From Tubiluchus corallicola (taxonomy: Eukaryota; Animalia; Priapulida), in the NCBI GenBank assembly GCA_030141605.1, contig JAQGDQ010001203.1, positions 1 through 55,716 of the forward strand: DNA of 55,716 nt, given 5' to 3'. Both the position numbers and the translations under genes were made by a program. The notes under the pieces are model-generated. The model searched no databases. It saw only the letters and a program-made list of their open reading frames with translations, and was not told the DNA's origin. How positions within the stretch are numbered: the stretch's first letter is position 1; every line of letters begins with the position of its first letter. Below are positions 49,106-55,716 of the stretch, in pieces.

Positions 49106-50767
49106 AGGAACCAAATGAAATTTAGAGAATGGGAGCAATTTTCCATAATCATCAATGGTCAAAATTTACAAGCAACTTGATAGAACAACAGCACTTAAGG
49201 CAAAAATTAGAATGATGTCTGCTGGACTGCTTCGCCATGGAACCTGTTGCTGTGATTGTTTAAAAACCAAAGGGAAATAATAATCGAAAAGAAAACGTAC
49301 TTTAGCATTCTTAAATGTGTTTACAAAAGGAAATGTTGTTTCTCGAATGAAAAGAAATCTGCAAAAATCAACATAAAAACAAAAACTGTTAAAAAAGACA
49401 AATAATGGCGGCGGCAACAACAATGACGACGAAAATAATTGCTGGCAGTCTTGTGGTTTCTTTACGAAGAAGCTAGTTGTAGTGGAGATGACGATGATGA
49501 TGATGATAGCGAAGACGATCATGACAATACTGAAACAAAATAATACAATGCTTGTTTGTAAAATAGCCCAGTTCTACATAGAAATGTGAATGGTTCCCAG
49601 TCGAGGAAGAAAAAACGTTTCTGCATTCAGTGATTACCTGATTCAACTGTGAGAAATCTACAAGAAATCTACAGAAATCTAGAACACGCAAATTCGTTTG
49701 TTCGTCAACCGAAAAACATTTAAATTTTACAATGTGCATTACAAAAGCCCACAGTGATGTGACATCTAATGATTTTAATCATTATTTTACCACGAATAGG
49801 TTAAACTGGTACTATAAATCAGACTATTAAATTAGTTGTAAAATTTCTTTAATCACAATAATAACGGATTGGGGATCGTGAATGCTGGGTATAGGAAACA
49901 CAGGACAAAATCTTGTCCTTACAAAGTACGAGGATGGAAGAGAAAGATAAATTATTGCTGGCACCGAGCCAAGATTACAGCTGCAAGATCTTCACAGATA
50001 TTCATAAATATTTGCTCAAAACTTCATGCAAGATAACTAGAGAATTTTTGCTGCCAAATTATCAGTGGGGAGGGGTAATGTCCATGGAGATTTTATACCA
50101 CTTACATTCTACATTTTCGTATGCATTGCTTGCGTCGGAAGTAACGCTGTATAAAACGTGTAAATTTGAACTCCAGATGACCGTTAGGTGAGGCCATTTT
50201 AATCGTAGGTCGTTTGAAAAAAGTTTTGATAACATTAAATAAAGTTTGAAAAAATAATCAGAGTATTCGTAGCATGAACGTGCTAACTAAGTAAACTTTT
50301 AAATTACTGAATCTTGTCAATAAGATTAAAAATACGTTCTTGGCTAGTGAGTGGCGCACCCTGGAGGGTGAATCAGTGACATTTTACCAATTGGCACAAA
50401 CATTTTAAATTATTAGTCTAGTTATTTAGGTCATTCCAGCACGTTAAGTGAAATGCTAAGTAATATAGTTTTGCATGGAAAGTTTTTTAGATCATAATTT
50501 AACATTTCCTTTTCTTCCCCTGATTTACGTGGCGTCGGAACAGTATTGCGGGAGATTTAAAATGAAAACAAACGAAAATTCTTTTCGACGTGAATACGAT
50601 ATTTACATAAAATTACTGTAAAGTAGTATAATTTTTCAAGGTGATTTTTCTGAAACCTACTTCAGGTGCCCCTTTTCTTGTCCTTTAAGCGCTCAACCAA
50701 CATTAGTAGTTGTCCAGAACAAGCCCAAACCAGTGTCAGTTAATCACCAAATTCACTAGATTAGAAC

Positions 50768-50986
50768 TATACAAGGTGCTTGTTTACTGTTTATACCATG
50801 TTCAGAGCAGACTGTACCACTCTATACAAGGTGCTTGTTTACTGTTTATACCATGTTCAGAGCAGACTGTACCACTCTATACAAGGTGCTTGTTTACTGT
50901 TTATACCATGTTCAGAGCAGACTGTACCACTCTATACAAGGTGCTTGTTTACTGTTTATACCATGTTCAGAGCAGACTGTACCACT
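50768..50986. repeat. 55-bp repeat x4
   Basis: tatacaaggtgcttgtttactg at 50768, 50823, 50878 and 50933. Confidence 0.97.
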
Positions 50987-52804
50987 AAACAAGCTAAGCA
51001 GTTAGCTGGGGCAACAAATTTTAGAAGTCTCTAATTTTTAAGTTTAGCATAAGTGATAACAATTATGAACAATTGTGCTTAATAAACCAAGAGGGCTAGA
51101 ACATGCACCAATTATACGCTACCGTTATACTTTATAATATTGTCACTACAAATTCAATTTTGGGGGGTATGGTGGAGGCGGCAGCGGGAGAAGGGATTGA
51201 GCGTTGAAGAGAGGGCGCTAAAAACTCTACGTGGAAAAGTGGGCGCTAAAAATTCTACCTGGAAGAGAAGGCGTTAAAAAGTGTTTGCTTAGAGCACCCC
51301 AATTTGCCTAGAGCCGTCCCTGACCGTGTTACATTTTTATACAGTCACAAAACAGAATATAAACACTAAATTTAAGTAGGACACACTGGAACACTATAGA
51401 CTATCCTGTTAAGTATAAAGGAAACAGACAAGAGAGATACGTGGAGTAAACAAAGCTCGACCACTTCTGGAAGTTGTCCATAATAAACCCAGTGTAAGTG
51501 ATAGTCTTACAAATCAACAATTGTTAAGAAACTAAGTGTCCAAGTCTTTGAAGTAGTTAGGCGTAATGGTAACGTATAACTTGAGAGGGAAGTTTTTTTG
51601 CGACTTGAGTTACTATAAAAAGTACTAACACTATAAATTATAATAAATTTACTATATAGTGCCTTGCGTTATTGTACTGCTGTAAATGCCAAATTAAGTC
51701 AGCGTAAGTTGACAGCGAGGCTGTAATCTCGGACCAACCAGTGAGTTTAACCACCCCTAAAAGACCTCAAGAACAAACCAACGGAGGTGTTGGTAGACTC
51801 AAGATCACGTTTTATAAAACTTTGCCATTGTTTCTTCTTCAGACGAAAACATTCAAATGCTGCATGTTGTAAATTACACTGACCACCAGGGACAAATAAT
51901 GTGCAAACATCTCACCTAGTGGTTTAGAGAGTAAGCAGGCAGGGGACGAATACGAAAGTGCAGCACAGTTTAAAAATAGCAAAACTCATTGAATAGTCAA
52001 AACACAACTTTCCAACCCAGAGATTATTTATTTATTATTTGGATTACTTATGTAACTGTCACTTCAACTGTGTCTTAGAACTCTAGAATTGTTAAGGAGC
52101 TAAGTCATCAAACTTAAGCAGGTCATAACAAGAGATGGGAGAGAAATTGTTGTTGGGTAAGTGGTGACATGGGGGAGGGCAGTATAAGGTCAAAGTTTAC
52201 AACAAGTAAGGACTATGAGCGGCTGGACAAACAAAGGTACTCCTCTTACTGTACCAAGTGAGGAAGTGACATTGGAGAAGTGGTCAGTGACCTTGAGTGG
52301 GTGGATTAAAGTCAAAGGAGATGAAAGTTTAAAAACTACTAGAGAAAGGAGGTTACAAAACTGCAAGGAGCTCATTGACAAACATTATGCAACTCATAAC
52401 AAGAGGTAGATGAGTAACTAAGATGGGGTATTCAGTGACTTTGAGTGGGTGGTTCACAGGTAAAGGTGACATCAAAAGCACAACGGCAAAGAATTCGGAA
52501 AGGAAAGGTAGATAACTTACTGTACCAGGTGGAGAAGGAGATCGATGAAGTAATCAATGACTTTAGATTAGTGGTGGAAGAGGAAAGGATGCTACGATTT
52601 AGAAACAATTATAAGAGACAATTGCATTAAAATGGTAAGCGGGAGTTGTGTGCCTGAACTGATGCAACTTATACGGTTGAAGGTCAAAAGTCACAACAAT
52701 TTCAAAATGTGGGTGTTTAAGATGACAGGCTGTCGTTCCAAAACGACAAGGAGTTAGGAAAGCAGAAGCTTACAACGCATTGTACTGGTGGGGCAAAGAA
52801 CGTT

Positions 52805-54220
52805 GGTGACTTTAGTTTGTGGTTTAAATTCAGTGAAAACTCAGCTTTCTATAGGTGACTTTAGTTTGTGGTTTAAATTCAGTGACAACTCAGATTCTCT
52901 ATAAGTGACTTTAGCTTGTGGTTTAAATTCAGTGACATAGGTGACTTTAGTTTGTGGTTTAAATTCAGTGACAACTCAAATTCTCTATAGTTGACTTTAG
53001 TTTGTGGTTTAAATTCAGTGACAACTCAAGCTCTCTATAGGTGACTTTAGCTTGTGGTTTAAATTCAGTGACAACTCAAGCTCTCTATAGGTGACTTTAG
53101 CTTGTGGTTTAAATTCAGTGACAACTCAGCTCTCTATAGGTGACTTTAGTTTGTGGTTTAAATTCAGTGACAACTCAAGCTCTCTATAGGTGACTTTAGT
53201 TTGTGGTTTAAATTCAGTGACAACTCAGCTCTCTATAGGTGACTTTAGTTTGTGGTTTAAATTCAGTGACAACTCAACTCTCTATAGGTGACTTTAGCTT
53301 GTGGTTTAAATTCAGTGACAACTCAAGCTCTCTATAGGTGACTTTAGCTTGTGGTTTAAATTCAGTGACAACTCAACTCTCTATAGGTGACTTTAGTTTG
53401 TGGTTTAAATTCAGTGACAACTCAGCTCTCTATAGGTGACTTTAGTTTGTGGTTTAAATTCAGTGACAACTCAAGCTCTCTATAGGTGACTTTAGTTTGT
53501 GGTTTAAATTCAGTGACAACTCAGCTCTCTATAGGTGACTTTAGTTTGTGGTTTAAATTCAGTGACAACTCAAGCTCTCTATAGGTGACTTTAGTTTGTG
53601 GTTTAAATTCAGTGACAACTCAACTCTCTATAGGTGACTTTAGTTTGTGGTTTAAATTCAGTGACAACTCAGCTCTCTATAGGTGACTTTAGTTTGTGGT
53701 TTAAATTCAGTGACAACTCAGCTCTCTATAGGTGACTTTAGTTTGTGGTTTAAATTCAGTGACAACTCAACTCTCTATAGGTGACTTTAGTTTGTGGTTT
53801 AAATTCAGTGACAACTCAACTCTCTATAGGTGACTTTAGCTTGTGGTTTAAATTCAGTGACAACTCAACTCTCTATAGGTGACTTTAGCTTGTGGTTTAA
53901 ATTCAGTGACAACTCAGCTCTCTATAGGTGACTTTAGCTTGTGGTTTAAATTCAGTGACAACTCAACTCTCTATAGGTGACTTTAGTTTGTGGTTTAAAT
54001 TCAGTGACAACTCAACTCTCTATAGGTGACTTTAGTTTGTGGTTTAAATTCAGTGACAACTCAACTCTCTATAGGTGACTTTAGCTTGTGGTTTAAATTC
54101 AGTGACAACTCAAACTCTCTATAGGTGACTTTAGCTTGTGGTTTAAATTCAGTGACAACTCAACTCTCTATAGGTGACTTTAGTTTGTGGTTTAAATTCA
54201 GTGACAACTCAACTCTCTAT
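52805..54220. repeat. 48-49-bp satellite, about 29 units
   Basis: ggtgactttagtttgtggtttaaattcagtgacaactcaactctctata. Confidence 0.98.
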
Positions 54221-55459
54221 AAAAGACAGTTAACAGAACTACGTTGAGTGACCAATAATGACGTAGCCAGTGATACAATATGATAAAATGTGCCTGCTTT
54301 TTTACAAAAAAACACATCACTTGCAACTTATCATTAAAATTATATCTGCTGCTAAAAGAGTTTTTCCCAATCTAATATCACTTTATTGAGAAGTAAGTTT
54401 AATTGCTGTAATTTCAGTTAAATTACTGCAGTAAAAACAAGTTCTACCTCAGGACTAAAGGCAAGATTACAAGATGGTTTTTAGCCCAAATTTTAATCAT
54501 AACATCTTCAACACACAACGCCGCAGTGTTCAAGTTGCTACAGTTACTGCAGCAGCTGCCGGCAGCGCTGCAGTCGCTCTTGATGATTCAGAGCCTATTA
54601 ATTAACGTAATCCTAATTAGTGCAGATCTAACTGCAAGATATTCAAAGTTTTACAAAGTAAAAGCCGTGTCTCACTGTTTCTTATTTATCTCGTAAATTT
54701 TGGAAGACTTTGTAAGGCTTTGAATAAAATAATCTATTCTTTAATTAATAAATTAATTAACGGCTCTAACGTGGCAAGGAGAGTAGGACCTTTTAAATGA
54801 TTTGCATATCATATAAACATAAAAAACCACTTGATAAAAACAAGTTTTATAGTTTTAATTGATGAGACCCTACGCTCCTTACCTACCGCCCTGTTACTAA
54901 CTAAAACTAAAACTAATTATCACTAATTATCACTAACTATCTCTAACTATTGCTAAAACTGCTGCAGCTTGAACATGTGACACATCAAATTTTCCGATGA
55001 TTGTTTATGAATATTTTTCTAACATTTTTGAAATTAAAACAACATGGAAGTCTTAAAATTGCTCAAGTAAGCGGATTTTCAACAAATTTTGCTTTCAGAA
55101 CTGGATCATAGAAAATGTCTGCACTACAGTAACTTAATGATTACGTTTTCAACTCAAACTGTCTTGCATAAATTAGTGCAGCAGATATAATAAGTAAACC
55201 TTAGCTAGCATAGGTCTACTGATTAATTGCAAGTGAAACAAGTGTGTGTGGTAGTGGGGGGGGGGGGGGGTGTCAGGTCACTAAACAGTTTGATCACAGG
55301 AGACGAAAAGTAAAAATTAAACAGAGAAGTAAATAAGACTTGGAACTATTATAAACAACGCAGACGTGTAAATGATAGAAATGATTTTGTAAATGAAAAA
55401 TCTAAAAATTAAAAAAATCATTTTACTTCTTTTACTGTCGTGTAGACTACGATGTAAAA

Positions 55460-55716
55460 AATTGAAAATGGCACACATTTATAAGGTATCCTGTTTTACA
55501 GTTTGAAAAAGGCACACATTTATAAGGTATCCTGTTTTACAGTTTGAAAAAGGCACACATTTGTAAGGTCTCCTGTTTTACAGTTTGAAAAAGGCACACA
55601 TTTGTAAGATCTCCTGTTTTACAGTTTGAAAATGGCACACATTTGTAAGGTCGCCTGTTTTACAGTTTGAAAATGGCACACATTTGTAAGGTCTCCTGTT
55701 TTACAGTTTGAAAATG
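55460..55716. repeat. 41-bp minisatellite running off the window end
   Basis: gtttgaaaaaggcacacatttgtaaggtctcctgttttaca. Confidence 0.96.

Noticed and set aside
51843-51930. Possible next exon of the zinc-finger gene (acceptor ttcttcttcag)
   Set aside because: Joining would create an immediate TG|A stop; plausible as a terminal exon but there is no independent support
52130-52800. Short ORFs in purine-rich sequence
   Set aside because: No recognisable product; possibly a decayed minus-strand LINE, too weak to call

Overview
AT-rich, repeat-dense animal (invertebrate-type) nuclear DNA; the organism cannot be identified from this window. I can support three protein-coding loci. (1) A complete 4-exon ARPC5 gene on the - strand (Arp2/3 subunit 5, 150 aa). 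Its first intron is a minor-spliceosome U12 AT-AC intron, and its first coding exon is present twice in a near-identical 388/389-bp tandem duplication. (2) A single-coding-exon ORF of about 752 aa on the - strand, encoding an unrecognised, disordered P/Q/Y/R/D-rich protein with 13- and 17-aa SP-x-R tandem repeats. (3) A small + strand gene missed by the ORF track, whose symmetric exons each encode a Myt1/C2HC-like zinc finger variant (C-x5-C-x4-N-x7-H-x5-C), with a +1 G frameshift in a homopolymer. The rest is LINE fragments (one with an inverted fold-back duplication), at least 8 MITE families (piggyBac-, hAT-, Tc1/pogo- and Kolobok-like), tRNA- and 5S-derived SINE-like pieces, microsatellites and many unrelated tandem arrays. 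There is no CRISPR array or prokaryotic-type system, and I found no clearly new multi-gene system. The best leads are the duplicated U12 donor exon, the zinc-finger gene and the orphan repeat protein.
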